The translations under genes were made by a program, and so were the position numbers. A stretch of DNA of 64,000 nucleotides from Bacilli bacterium. GTDB lineage: Bacteria > Bacillota_I > Bacilli_A > RF39 > UBA660. Below the pieces are notes generated by a model. It saw only the letters and a list, made by a program, of their open reading frames with translations. It was not told the DNA's origin and searched no databases. The DNA lies in assembly GCA_045545595.1 (NCBI GenBank), contig JAZQBG010000045.1, positions 594 through 64,593 on the forward strand, in the 5' to 3' direction. Positions 1 to 10,566 of this stretch are shown one piece after another (within the stretch, counting starts at the first letter, position 1; every line of letters starts with the position of its first letter).

Positions 1-556
1 TATTAAATTAATAGATGATGCTGACATAATTATAATGCAGTTAGAAATTCCAATTGAAACAGTTACTTATGTTGCAAAAGTAGCTAAACAAAAAGGTAAA
101 CTGGTAATATTAGATCCAGCACCAGCTGTAGATAATTTACCAGATGAATTATTTAATAATGTTGATATAGTTAAACCAAATGAAACCGAAATTCAAATAT
201 TGAGTGGAATTAAAACAAACTCTAAAGATGATATTATAAGAGCTGCACATTCATTAATTGAAAAAGGTGTAAGTACAGTTATAGTTACACTAGGGTCAAA
301 TGGGTCTTTGTTAGTGACAAAAGAAAAGACAGAAAGTTTTTCAGCACTTGATGTTCAAGCAATTGATACAACAGCAGCAGGTGATAGTTTTACTGCTGCA
401 TTAGCTAAATCATTATTAGAAGGTAAAAGTATTGAAGAAGCAATAAAATTTGGACATTTAGTATCTTCCATTGTAGTAACTAAAAAAGGCGCTCAAACTT
501 CAATACCAAATCAGAAAGAAATAGATATTTTTCTAAAAGAATGGAGAGAAAAGTAA
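1..556 (+). CDS. rbsK: ribokinase (PfkB family), 5'-truncated at window edge
   Basis: Reading frame is open to the first base of the window. C-terminal PfkB/ribokinase signature DTTAAGDSFTAALA is present. Stop overlaps next start (TAATGG). Confidence 0.7.
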   Translation, partial: IKLIDDADIIIMQLEIPIETVTYVAKVAKQKGKLVILDPAPAVDNLPDELFNNVDIVKPNETEIQILSGIKTNSKDDIIRAAHSLIEKGVSTVIVTLGSNGSLLVTKEKTESFSALDVQAIDTTAAGDSFTAALAKSLLEGKSIEEAIKFGHLVSSIVVTKKGAQTSIPNQKEIDIFLKEWREK

Positions 557-1473
557 TGGAAAAAATTATTATAGATGCTGATCCTGGAGTTGATGATGCC
601 TTTGCGTTACTTTTAGCTGCTAATTCTAAAGAAATAGATATTCAAGCTATAACTACAGTTGCTGGTAATTGTAGTTTAGAAAATGCTACTAACAATACTT
701 TTAAAATATTAGATTTATTAAATAGACATGATATTCTAGTATACAAAGGAATGGATAGAGCTCTAAAAGCTGACAATGAGGATGCATCATACGTACACGG
801 TAACAATGGTATGGGTGGAATAGATTATGAACCTGTTAACCGCCAAGTAGAGAATATACATGCAGTTGATTACTTAATAAATACTGTACATGAAAATCCA
901 AATGAAATTACAATTGTTGCGATAGGACCTCTTACAAATATTGCTTGTGCAATAAATAAGGATGCAGAGTTTGCAAAAAATGTAAAAAGTTTAGTAATTA
1001 TGGGTGGCGCAATAGAAGAAGGAAATATTACTCCTTATGCAGAGTTTAATTTTTATAAAGATCCTGACGCTGCTAAGATTGTTTTTGAATCAGACTTTAA
1101 GGAAATAATAATGATGGGATTAGATGTTACAACTAAACTGCCATTAAATGAAAAGCTAGAAAATTTATTACAAAATATGAATAACGAACTTGCAGATTTC
1201 CTTTTTAGAATTACTAGAAAAGGTGCAGATTTTGATAGAAAAGCAGGACATGGTGGATTTATATTAAATGATCCTATAACAATCACCTATTTAATAGATT
1301 CCTCAATTGTAACATTAAAAGATGCAAAAGTTAGTATTGAAACAAGTGGAGAAAAGATGGGAAAATCTAATGTTATATTTACTAAAGAGTCTAATTGTAA
1401 AGTTGCATGTGATGTGGATTCTGAAAAATTTTATAAAATATTATTTAAAAGAATTCTTAATATAGATATATAA
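556..1473 (+). CDS. inosine-uridine preferring nucleoside hydrolase
   Basis: N-terminal IUNH signature IIIDADPGVDDAFALLLA. Start ATG at 556 sits behind GGAGAG SD. The ORF track's upstream M at 541 lacks a SD. Confidence 0.8.
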   Translation: MEKIIIDADPGVDDAFALLLAANSKEIDIQAITTVAGNCSLENATNNTFKILDLLNRHDILVYKGMDRALKADNEDASYVHGNNGMGGIDYEPVNRQVENIHAVDYLINTVHENPNEITIVAIGPLTNIACAINKDAEFAKNVKSLVIMGGAIEEGNITPYAEFNFYKDPDAAKIVFESDFKEIIMMGLDVTTKLPLNEKLENLLQNMNNELADFLFRITRKGADFDRKAGHGGFILNDPITITYLIDSSIVTLKDAKVSIETSGEKMGKSNVIFTKESNCKVACDVDSEKFYKILFKRILNIDI

Positions 1474-1477
1474 ACAA

Positions 1478-1516
1478 AACAGTGAGATATGTATTTAAAT
1501 CTCACTGTTTTTAATT
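1478..1516. terminator. bidirectional rho-independent terminator
   Basis: 11-bp perfect stem aacagtgagat/atctcactgtt followed by TTTT. Lies between convergent genes. Confidence 0.6.
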
Positions 1517-2328
1517 TATATATCTAAAAAGTCTATTTCAATACTACCTACTCCACCATCTATATCAATAGTATTTATTCCATTACCATAATAAGTATTA
1601 TCTTCCATATCACTATTGTCGATACGAGCAGAACCAATACCTTTATCTAATTTTATCTTATAATTATATATGGTTCCGACTAGATTTAAATCTACTTCAC
1701 CAACACCAGCATCAATTTCACTTTCACCAGTTATTTCTGAGGTTAAAGATATCTTACCTAATCCCATATCTAAATCTAAGTTATTTAAACTGCCATTTTC
1801 AACAATTATTTCTCCAGCTCCACCATCTATTTCAGCTTTATTTAATACTAATATATTATTTATGTTAACCTTTCCAGCTCCTAAATCCATATATAGTTTT
1901 TTACAAGATAATGAGTCAATATCAATTTTACCCGCACCATTTTCAATAGATACGCCATCAAGAATATAATCAGATGGGACATATACAATTAAGTCACTAC
2001 TATCTCTTTTACTAAACCAGCTATGACTTTTCTCAGTAATATATAATTTATTACCATTTTGTCTAGTCTTAATGTATTTATTATTAGTTTCAGCTTTGAA
2101 TTCGTTACCCTGTTTAATCACTATATCTACACTACTAACTTCTATATCTAAAACTAAAGTATCACTAGTAATGTTTAAATCTTCTAAATCTTTGTTAGTG
2201 TTTTCATTGTTACCAAATATATTACTTACTGACATAATTCCATACATTATCCCTGATAATATACTAAAGATAAGAAAAATTGCGAAAGCCATAGCTACAT
2301 ATTTAATAATTCTTTGGATATTTGTCAT
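1516..2328 (-). CDS. DUF4097-like putative adhesin / LiaG-YvlB-like envelope stress protein
   Basis: N-terminal TM segment, then repeated beta-helix-like D-G-G-A-G-E/K-I/V motifs (DGGAGEI, DLGAGKV, DMGLGKI, DAGVGEV, DGGVGSI). Confidence 0.55.
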   Translation of the reverse strand: MTNIQRIIKYVAMAFAIFLIFSILSGIMYGIMSVSNIFGNNENTNKDLEDLNITSDTLVLDIEVSSVDIVIKQGNEFKAETNNKYIKTRQNGNKLYITEKSHSWFSKRDSSDLIVYVPSDYILDGVSIENGAGKIDIDSLSCKKLYMDLGAGKVNINNILVLNKAEIDGGAGEIIVENGSLNNLDLDMGLGKISLTSEITGESEIDAGVGEVDLNLVGTIYNYKIKLDKGIGSARIDNSDMEDNTYYGNGINTIDIDGGVGSIEIDFLDI

Positions 2329-3002
2329 TTTATTTCAACACCTCCAAACATACATGTAGCTTTTATATAAATAGTTATTTTTGAATCTTTAGTTTTTTTC
2401 TTTCTTTCATCAGATACTCCACCAAATATAGGTGTTGAACTAATTTTAACATTTACATCATTTGGAACTCGTATAGTAATTCCGCCAAATATCGCACTAA
2501 CATTAATTATTGCATCTTCTTTTATAATTGCTTCTCTTAGGTCACATTTTGTTCCACCAAATACTGAGCTTATACTGCATCCTTCAAAGCTTTCATTAGA
2601 AAAATCAATAGTTTGTCCTCCAAAAGTAGAACAATATTCTTTTCCGTTAGCTTTATTTAGTTTTTCAATATATTTTTTAAAATTTAGTTTAATTGTATCT
2701 TTAAAAACAAGTGATACCCCAATTGCAACAAGTATAAATGGAATCATTAATTTCCAAATTAGTTCAAAACTAACTACATCTTGACATCCTAGGAATAATG
2801 CAATACCAATAACTAAACAAATTATGTCACCAGTTTTATCTTTTTCTTTAAATAAATTTATAAAACATGGAACAATAATAAACAAAGTCCACCATCCATC
2901 AAAAAAGACATTAATGTTTGTAATTCCTAATGAATTTAATCCAAATACGATACCTAAAATAATTAATACTAATCCCCATAATTGATTACTTAAGTTTTTC
3001 AT
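2325..3002 (-). CDS. LiaF-like membrane protein (DUF2154-type C-terminal domain)
   Basis: Four N-terminal TM helices. C-terminal repeated xFGG motifs (VFGGTKCDL, IFGGITIRV, IFGGVSDE, MFGGVEIK) typical of LiaF/YvqF family. Overlaps downstream gene by 4 nt. Confidence 0.5.
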   Translation of the reverse strand: MKNLSNQLWGLVLIILGIVFGLNSLGITNINVFFDGWWTLFIIVPCFINLFKEKDKTGDIICLVIGIALFLGCQDVVSFELIWKLMIPFILVAIGVSLVFKDTIKLNFKKYIEKLNKANGKEYCSTFGGQTIDFSNESFEGCSISSVFGGTKCDLREAIIKEDAIINVSAIFGGITIRVPNDVNVKISSTPIFGGVSDERKKKTKDSKITIYIKATCMFGGVEIK

Positions 3003-3027
3003 GTTACTACCTCATTTCTTATACTAG

Positions 3028-3216
3028 TTAATTTTTTTCTGGTATTATAAGTGCGGCAACGATGTAAGCAAGAATTCCTGTACCAACACATAATACTAAA
3101 AACACCCAAATTAATCTAACAATTGTTGGATCAATATCAAAGTAGTCAGCAAGTCCTCCACATACTCCACATAATTTTTTGTTTTTTTTACTTTTGTATA
3201 ATTTCTTTTTCTTCAT
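3028..3216 (-). CDS. PspC-domain membrane protein
   Basis: LCGVCGGLADYFDIDPTIVRLIWV matches the PspC domain core, followed by one TM helix. Confidence 0.6.
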   Translation of the reverse strand: MKKKKLYKSKKNKKLCGVCGGLADYFDIDPTIVRLIWVFLVLCVGTGILAYIVAALIIPEKN

Positions 3217-3275
3217 AATATCACCTCTTATTTAATTATATTATACTATATATCATATTGAACACAAATTAATAA

Positions 3276-3761
3276 TTATAAAATAAACTGAATAACAACT
3301 CCAATCACCAAACATATAATTGTTCCAATTGCTTGTCCAATTAATCCCTCTTTTATATGAAACCAATAATTTCGATATTCATGAATAATGTCCTCTGTAC
3401 CTTTAAAAATAAATTTTGGTGAATGGCAAAACCATGATATATCCATAACTAATACATCGTATATATTAACTATTGTCCATATTAAAAGTGAATAACCAAA
3501 ACCTTCTATAAAAGTTGTATAACCATTAATGTATCTTAATATCAAACTAACTATTGTAATAATAATGATTGAGACTAATGACTTTGTTATAACTTTATTT
3601 TGTGTAGTTGGTATTTTATCTTTATACTCTTTTAATGATTTTACTTTTTCTTGAACCTTTGGTGGATAATTGTATAATGTCGCAATTGGATTTTTGGACA
3701 TTATATATACCATCAAAGTAAATAACATACATAATAATACACATTCAATTACTACTATCAT
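3276..3761 (-). CDS. hypothetical membrane protein
   Basis: 161-aa ORF with about 4 predicted TM segments. No recognisable motif. Confidence 0.35.
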   Translation of the reverse strand: MIVVIECVLLCMLFTLMVYIMSKNPIATLYNYPPKVQEKVKSLKEYKDKIPTTQNKVITKSLVSIIIITIVSLILRYINGYTTFIEGFGYSLLIWTIVNIYDVLVMDISWFCHSPKFIFKGTEDIIHEYRNYWFHIKEGLIGQAIGTIICLVIGVVIQFIL

Positions 3762-3769
3762 TTTACACC

Positions 3770-4570
3770 TTATTTAAAGAAATCTCTTTTGTTAAATCCA
3801 GCAGTCATAAATCTCCATGCAGCTTTTTTGTTAGTTAACCATTCTATTTTGGCATTATTTTTAGTATTATTTAAAATTCCAGTTACTAAAAACTTTGCAA
3901 CTACATCAGGATAGTCACCAAGTATGTTGTAAACTTTTTTAGTTTTTTCAGATAAATTAATTTTATCCTTATCACCTAATGCTGTTTTAATAAAGTCTGT
4001 TATCATAATTCCAGGACTTAATTTACCTACTATGACCCCAGTATTTCTTTCTTCACTTTCTTTTGCTAAAGCTTCAGTAAAATAAGTGATTGCTCTTTTG
4101 CTAGTTCCATAAATTGAAAGACCTAACATTTTAGAATCATTACTGCCATATCCTTCTATATTATAAATAGCACCACTGTGATTTTTAGACATTTCTTCCA
4201 TAACTAATTTAGAACCCATAATTGCGCCTTTTAAATCAACATCTAATACTAAATCTATCTCTTCTTCTGTTAATTCCCATATTGCTTTATCGGGTTGATT
4301 AACCCCTGCATTGTTAATCCATATGTCAATACTATTAAATTTTTCTTTCGTAAATTTAATTAAGTTCAATATATCTTTTGATTTAGTAACATTACAAACG
4401 CAATATTCTACTTTAGAAGAACTGTCAATTTTATCAAGTTTCTTTTTTGCATTGTCTAATTTCTCTTCATTTAAATCGCTTATTACTACATTCAAATTAT
4501 TTTGTTTGAAAAGCTTTGCCATTTCAAATCCAAGACCTCTAGCGCTTCCTGTTATTACTACTGTTTTCAT
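3770..4570 (-). CDS. short-chain dehydrogenase/reductase (SDR) family oxidoreductase
   Basis: N-terminal Rossmann motif VVITGSARGLG and NNAG motif. Catalytic YxxxK-type region (YGTSK). Confidence 0.75.
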   Translation of the reverse strand: MKTVVITGSARGLGFEMAKLFKQNNLNVVISDLNEEKLDNAKKKLDKIDSSSKVEYCVCNVTKSKDILNLIKFTKEKFNSIDIWINNAGVNQPDKAIWELTEEEIDLVLDVDLKGAIMGSKLVMEEMSKNHSGAIYNIEGYGSNDSKMLGLSIYGTSKRAITYFTEALAKESEERNTGVIVGKLSPGIMITDFIKTALGDKDKINLSEKTKKVYNILGDYPDVVAKFLVTGILNNTKNNAKIEWLTNKKAAWRFMTAGFNKRDFFK

Positions 4571-4655
4571 ATATACCTCCTACATGTTAGTTATTAACTT
4601 AATTATATCAAAATAAAAAGCAGATTTGTATAAAACAAATCCACTTTCATTATTT

Positions 4656-7283
4656 TTATTCAGTTCTTAAAGCAATTACTGGGTCTTTTTTACTTGCAAG
4701 TCTTGATGGAATTAAACCACCTATAGTTGTTAATAAGATACTTATTAAAACTAAGATTATACCAGCAACAGCTGGAACACGTGTTACTATTTTAACTCCT
4801 GTCATCGAGTAAATAATACTATTAATTGGAAGAGTTAATAGTACAGTAACAGCAATACCTAAAACACCAGCGATGAAACCTACTATTAATGTTTCAGCAT
4901 TGAATATTCTTGAAACATCTTTTTTAGATACACCTATTGCTCTTAGGATACCTATTTCTTTAGTTCTTTCTAATACAGAAATGTAAGTTATTATTCCTAT
5001 CATAATAGAAGATACTACTAATGATATAGCAACAAACGCTATTAGTACATAACTGATAATATCTACTATATTACTTACGGAACTAATCATTGTTCCAACA
5101 ATATCAGTATAAGTTATTTTATTTTCTTCTTCTGTTTGTTTACTATTGTATTCTTCAATTGCTGCTTCTATATTTTCTTTTGATTCAAAATCTTTTGGAT
5201 AAATACTAATTGTTGATGGAGCATTTAAATCAATTGCCCCTAATTTTATCATGTTATTTTCATATGTTGCATTTGCATTTTCTGTATATGTTTGCATCAA
5301 TTCAGCAATTTGTTCATTATTAAGCATACTTAATTGCATTTTTTGTTCTGGGGATAATGCGTTAAAATCAAATTTACTTTCTTCTCCATCTTTAGAGAAC
5401 GCTAATCCTGAGAATACATTTATTTCTTCTTTTTCTCTTTGCTCTTTAACTATTTCTGCTTCATTTGATTTATTAATTATATGTTCTTTTAATTCTTTTG
5501 TATAACCAATCCCACCATTCATACCCATGGCAACCGATTGTTCATTTTGTCTAATGATACCTACTACTTTGATTTCTTCTGCATTATCTACTTTATTTTT
5601 TAAATATGATTCATCATCACTTTTGTCAATCCAGAATCCATTTTCTTTAGTATAGTAATCTGAATTTAGTAATACTTTATATCTTAAATCTAACAATTCT
5701 TCATAAGTATATGAAGTTTCTTCACTTTTTTCTACTTTTTCACCTTTTTGGATTTTGTCAATTTGTACTTTTAATTCTTTTTGGTCTTTTAATCCTAATG
5801 TGTATAAAGTATAATCACTAATTTCATTATTTTCTCCAACAATTAAAACTACTTCATTATAATTCTCAGGCCATGAACCAGCCAATAAGTCATATTGTGA
5901 TTTTAATAGTTTTTCATTGTCAAGCATTTCTATCCAAGCATTCATATTACTTGCCATGCTCATTGAACTATTCGCTACAGACATTATTCCAGTACTTTGA
6001 GTTTCTAACATACCACTCATACCTAATGAATCAAGTACAGTGCTTGGATTAACCCTAACTACACCATTTTCAGTATCTGACTTATATAAGTTAAGATTTA
6101 AATCATAACCATATTGAATAGCGTTACTATTATTTTTGATATCATTATCTGTCTCTTCAATATATTTTTTTAAATTAGTTAAATTATTTGTTTCAACTTG
6201 GTTTGATAATATTGATATCATTTGATCCATTATATCTATTGAATAGACTTTATCATCTTCTCTTTCTTTTTCAATAGTTACTTCACCCATCATAGTTTCC
6301 ATCATGCTTGTCATATCTATTGTAGAGTCTTCAATAGTAATTGGATATGATGATAAGGTGTCTTCTTCTATTTTATCTATATAACTTTGTACACCAGTTG
6401 ATATAGCAAGGATAAGCGCTATACCTATAATTCCAATACTACCCGCAAAAGCAGTTAATATTGTTCTTCCTTTTTTAGTTAATAAGTTATTTAAACTAAG
6501 TTGTAATGCAGTTAGATAATTCATTGAAGTTTTCTTGAAACTTGCTTTTTCCATTTTCTTTTTCTTATCTTTTTTTTCTTTGTTTTCTTTTATAGGATTA
6601 GAATCATCAATTAACTGTCCATCTAGTATTTTTATAATTCTGCTAGAATATTTTTCAGCAAGTTCACTATTATGAGTAACCATTATAATTAATTTATCTT
6701 TTGATATTTTCTTCAATATTTCCATTACTTGAACACTTGTCTTAGTATCTAGCGCCCCTGTTGGTTCATCAGCTAAGATAATATCTGGATTATTAACTAA
6801 AGCACGAGCGATTGCTACTCTTTGCATTTGTCCACCAGATAGTTGATTAGGTTTTTTATTTATTTGATTTTTAAGTCCAACACTATCAAGAGCTTTAATG
6901 GCTCTTTCTCTTCTTTCGGTTTTAGAAACACCTGATATTGTTAAGGCTAATTCTACATTTGAAAGTACTGTTTGATGACTTATTAAGTTGTAACTTTGGA
7001 ATACAAATCCAACAGAATAATTTCTATATGAATCCCAATCCCTATCTTTAAATTCTTTAGTAGATTTACCATTAATAATTAAGTTTCCACTAGTGTATCT
7101 ATCTAGTCCACCTATTATATTTAATAATGTTGTTTTACCACAACCACTTTGACCTAATATTGAAACAAACTCTGATTTTCTAAATTTTAAATCTATACCT
7201 TTTAAGGCTTCAACTTTTTCAGTATCTGTTATGTAAGTCTTTTTTATGTTTTTAAGTTCTAACATTTTATCACCTTTCTTCAT
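4656..7283 (-). CDS. MacB-type fused ABC transporter (ATPase + FtsX-like permease)
   Basis: Walker [13 protein letters not shown] signature [15 protein letters not shown], Walker [12 protein letters not shown]. Large extracytoplasmic domain and C-terminal FtsX/MacB 4-TM permease. 875 aa. Confidence 0.8.
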   Translation of the reverse strand: MKKGDKMLELKNIKKTYITDTEKVEALKGIDLKFRKSEFVSILGQSGCGKTTLLNIIGGLDRYTSGNLIINGKSTKEFKDRDWDSYRNYSVGFVFQSYNLISHQTVLSNVELALTISGVSKTERRERAIKALDSVGLKNQINKKPNQLSGGQMQRVAIARALVNNPDIILADEPTGALDTKTSVQVMEILKKISKDKLIIMVTHNSELAEKYSSRIIKILDGQLIDDSNPIKENKEKKDKKKKMEKASFKKTSMNYLTALQLSLNNLLTKKGRTILTAFAGSIGIIGIALILAISTGVQSYIDKIEEDTLSSYPITIEDSTIDMTSMMETMMGEVTIEKEREDDKVYSIDIMDQMISILSNQVETNNLTNLKKYIEETDNDIKNNSNAIQYGYDLNLNLYKSDTENGVVRVNPSTVLDSLGMSGMLETQSTGIMSVANSSMSMASNMNAWIEMLDNEKLLKSQYDLLAGSWPENYNEVVLIVGENNEISDYTLYTLGLKDQKELKVQIDKIQKGEKVEKSEETSYTYEELLDLRYKVLLNSDYYTKENGFWIDKSDDESYLKNKVDNAEEIKVVGIIRQNEQSVAMGMNGGIGYTKELKEHIINKSNEAEIVKEQREKEEINVFSGLAFSKDGEESKFDFNALSPEQKMQLSMLNNEQIAELMQTYTENANATYENNMIKLGAIDLNAPSTISIYPKDFESKENIEAAIEEYNSKQTEEENKITYTDIVGTMISSVSNIVDIISYVLIAFVAISLVVSSIMIGIITYISVLERTKEIGILRAIGVSKKDVSRIFNAETLIVGFIAGVLGIAVTVLLTLPINSIIYSMTGVKIVTRVPAVAGIILVLISILLTTIGGLIPSRLASKKDPVIALRTE

Positions 7284-7324
7284 TCATGATTTAGAACCTT
7301 ACAAATATGCTTCATCTCACTATA

Positions 7325-7379
7325 AAATGACATTGTGTCATCGTCTTTTAATTATATGTGTCACAATGTCATTTGTCAA
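7325..7379 (-). promoter_or_regulatory. consensus sigma-A promoter (TTGACA-17-TATAAT) overlapped by a 13-bp inverted repeat, upstream of the ABC exporter
   Basis: On the minus strand TTGACA (plus 7374-7379) is followed by a 17-nt spacer and TATAAT (plus 7351-7356). Perfect IR arms aaatgacattgtg (7325-7337) and cacaatgtcattt (7362-7374) are separated by 24 nt. One arm lies in the promoter spacer and the other downstream of -10. Confidence 0.45.
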
Positions 7380-7419
7380 TATATTATATTAAATATATTA
7401 GTTATTATTCTGGTAATTT

Positions 7420-8178
7420 TTACTTATTAATACTTTTTAACTTATCGTAAAATTCATCCATACATTTTTTAAGTTTTATAAATTTATTATCATTTAATTT
7501 TGTATTATTATCTAAGTATATTCTTTTATTTATTTTGATCATAATTGATTTTACGCAAGAACTATTAGAATTAATAAATCTATTTGGTACAATAGTACCG
7601 CAATATGGATAATTTATCATAACTGAATAACCATACTTTTTAAAAACAATTTTAGCGATTTCTAAAATATTTTTATCTAAAAAACTATTATCTATTCCTA
7701 TACAAATATCTGGGCAATCTTTGTAATTAAATATTTTACTAACAAACTCATCTGAAAAACTGTGTAAATCTATAATATAGCAAACACCAAACTTTTTTAT
7801 TATTGCTTCAGAAATATCGTCTAATTTTTGATGATGGACATCATAATAATTCGTAATAACATTATTTTTATAATCAATATTTGGGTTAATAAATTCTATT
7901 CTGTTTTAATCTTTACTATAAATAACACCCATACCTAATTTTGACATTTCTTCAATATTATCATCTTTAAAACGTTCTACATCACAAAGTAATCTTGAAC
8001 AATCAAATTTCATAATATTAAATTCTTTTTTATTAGGTAAAAACTTGTCAATTAGATAGTCACTCATGAAAATATTTTCTTTATTAATATAGTCTTTATC
8101 TAAAATCGTTTGCTTCCAAAATTCATCAGTAAGTTTTATTGATGAATGTGGAATATGTATTATGAATTTATTTTTCAT
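7420..8178 (-). pseudogene. N-formylglutamate amidohydrolase (FGase) family protein interrupted by an in-frame TAA
   Basis: ORFs 7906..8178 (IHIPHSS motif) and 7420..7905 (IIDLHSF, YPYCGTIVP) are in the same frame. They are separated only by a TAA codon at 7906-7908. Combined length about 252 aa fits the family. Confidence 0.5.
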
Positions 8179-8716
8179 TTTTTCTAAATTTTAAATTTTT
8201 AACATTTTGAACTAGTTTTTTCTTTTTAATACTATTATTTTCATAAACATTATATTCCTTAGGTTGATAAGTTCCATTTAATACATCTAAAAAATATTCA
8301 AAATTATTATTATCTACAATGTAATTAATAAGCTCTTCTCCATATTCTTCTGATAACGCTTTCATAGTACCTGATACTTGATTTTTAAATAATGGATAAA
8401 TATCTTTTGATATTGGATTATCTTCGAAAACCGAAATATTGAATGCATTAGCAATTGTTAAAATATTAACATTTAAATCTCTATAAATATTTCCGTTATT
8501 TGGCTGAATAACGTATTGACCCAATGTACTGTCTTTTGAAATAGTCACTTCACCAATAGAACATTTAGTTTCTTTTTCATATTTTCTTATGGCAGAATGT
8601 ATTTTATTGGCTTCATTTTGTATTGTTTTTGGAACATTTCGATCCACCATTAACATATATAAACCAAACGTAGCAAAATTTAAATAATCTTTGTTTTCTT
8701 TATTAGTATTAAACAT
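8168..8716 (-). CDS. hypothetical protein
   Basis: 182-aa ORF overlapping the downstream FGase-like gene by 11 nt. No recognisable motif. Confidence 0.4.
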   Translation of the reverse strand: MFNTNKENKDYLNFATFGLYMLMVDRNVPKTIQNEANKIHSAIRKYEKETKCSIGEVTISKDSTLGQYVIQPNNGNIYRDLNVNILTIANAFNISVFEDNPISKDIYPLFKNQVSGTMKALSEEYGEELINYIVDNNNFEYFLDVLNGTYQPKEYNVYENNSIKKKKLVQNVKNLKFRKNEK

Positions 8717-8736
8717 TAATAATCACCCAGTAAGTA

Positions 8737-9252
8737 TTATAACATATGTGTTTTATTTTTTCTAGGTTTAAGAATTTTGACTGCTTCTTCTACATGTTCT
8801 TCATCTAATCCATTTTGATAAAAGTCAGTCTTAATTAATCTATTAATAATTAAATCATCATAATCATCAAATATCTCATCATCAATCACTATAAAATCAT
8901 TAATCATATTTTCTTCTATATATGTTTTAATTTCTTTTCCTCGTTCACTTTTAATATTTTTTGTAGTTCCAATAATTGGAATTCCTTTTTGTATTAAATA
9001 TTCCTCTACTAAAGGATAAAGTCTTAATTTTTTCCAAGATGAGGATATAACAATTTTTGCGTCTGTTATATCTACTATTTGTTTTAGTAGTTGTAACTTT
9101 TCAAAATCTATATCAAGTAGTAACCATTTTAAATCATTCATATATGTTCTATCTAAACATTTACTATATAAATTTTTAACTATTTTATTTTCAATAAATG
9201 TATTACAACTATTTAATACACCATCAATATCCAAAAATATTATTTTATCCAT
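8737..9252 (-). CDS. HAD-superfamily hydrolase/phosphatase
   Basis: HAD motif I FLDIDGVLN near the N-terminus, later VISSSW and IVIDDE motifs. Start chosen at internal ATG 9252 with GGGGTGA SD 8 nt upstream. The ORF track's longer start at 9318 lacks a SD. Confidence 0.5.
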   Translation of the reverse strand: MDKIIFLDIDGVLNSCNTFIENKIVKNLYSKCLDRTYMNDLKWLLLDIDFEKLQLLKQIVDITDAKIVISSSWKKLRLYPLVEEYLIQKGIPIIGTTKNIKSERGKEIKTYIEENMINDFIVIDDEIFDDYDDLIINRLIKTDFYQNGLDEEHVEEAVKILKPRKNKTHML

Positions 9253-9345
9253 ATATAGTTCACCCCAAAAACTAATTATGACTATATTATCATTTTTAGG
9301 TATAAAATACAAGTTCATAAAGAAAAAGACTTATCACTAAGTCTT

Positions 9346-10566
9346 TTAGTAAGCTGTAGTTCTATCATTGAATGTATTTCTTCCACTAGGGAAATTAACA
9401 AAATTTCTAGGATCATATGAGTCAATTTTCATTTCAGATGTACTTGATTTTAATCCTTTTGCTATCGCAAAGTGTAAATGTTGTCCAGTTGAACACCCAT
9501 CCCATGGAGTGTAACCAGGTAACCAAGAATATTTACCTCCACCCATAGTACCAATAACTGTATCTTTAGTAACAGTTTGACCAACACGAACATAAACATT
9601 TTTCATATGCATGTAAAGCGTTGAATAATTTGTACCTTTTATATTATGTTGAATTATTATGTAATTTCCTCCACATGAGTTTGAATTACTACTTTCAACA
9701 CCTACTACTTTTCCAGATGCTGAAGCGTAAATATTAAGTTCTCTTACATTCATTCCACCAATATCGACAGCTAAATGTACTGTTGAACATCCCTTACAAG
9801 GTGCAGCACGTGTTGAATATTCACTAGAAATATATCCGTAATCTGCTGGTCTCCAAAAGGATGTATCATATGGTAAACTTCCTTTTAAACATGTATCAAC
9901 ATTTTGTGTTGTACTTGGACATATTTTTTTGTAATAATCAATAGTTTTTTGTAATTGATCTAATTCTTTCTTTACATCAACTTGTACGTCATCTAATGCT
10001 GCTAAAGAGGCATTATATTGTTTAATATTGCTATTTAATTGAGCTATTTTATTTTGTAAAGTCACTTGTTTTTGTTCTAGTTCTTTTTGAAGTTTTTTAC
10101 TTTCTTCAGCCATTGTATTCATTTCTTTAATTTGTTGATCATTATACTCAGTAATCTCTTCAACTATTGAACTTCTATGAATTAAGTCAGTCATATCTGA
10201 AGCTCCAAAAATGTACTCTAAATAGGCAATGTCACCATCGGTAAGTTGTAACATTTTCATTAATTCATCAATTTCTTTACTCTTATTTTCTATTTCAGCA
10301 TTCAACTTTTGAATTTTATCTCCAGTAGCTTGAATATCTTTTTCTGCTTGTGCAATAGCTGCCTGTGAAGCCTTTATTTGTGAGTTTGAATAATCAATAT
10401 TATCATTAAGTTGTTCTTGTTTTTGTTTATTACTATTATACTCTGCTTTTTTAGCATCTAATTCTTTTTGCATATCATTAATACTTTTAGCTTTTGGACT
10501 ATAACTTGGTATGAATATAGGTAACACCATACATAGTACGAAAATAATATTAAATACTTTTTTCAT
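9346..10566 (-). CDS. M23-family peptidoglycan metalloendopeptidase with N-terminal coiled-coil (PcsB/CwlO/EnvC-like FtsEX partner)
   Basis: Signal peptide, about 200-aa heptad-rich coiled-coil. C-terminal M23 motifs HLAVDIGG and GQHLHF. Immediately follows ftsX. Confidence 0.8.
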   Translation of the reverse strand: MKKVFNIIFVLCMVLPIFIPSYSPKAKSINDMQKELDAKKAEYNSNKQKQEQLNDNIDYSNSQIKASQAAIAQAEKDIQATGDKIQKLNAEIENKSKEIDELMKMLQLTDGDIAYLEYIFGASDMTDLIHRSSIVEEITEYNDQQIKEMNTMAEESKKLQKELEQKQVTLQNKIAQLNSNIKQYNASLAALDDVQVDVKKELDQLQKTIDYYKKICPSTTQNVDTCLKGSLPYDTSFWRPADYGYISSEYSTRAAPCKGCSTVHLAVDIGGMNVRELNIYASASGKVVGVESSNSNSCGGNYIIIQHNIKGTNYSTLYMHMKNVYVRVGQTVTKDTVIGTMGGGKYSWLPGYTPWDGCSTGQHLHFAIAKGLKSSTSEMKIDSYDPRNFVNFPSGRNTFNDRTTAY

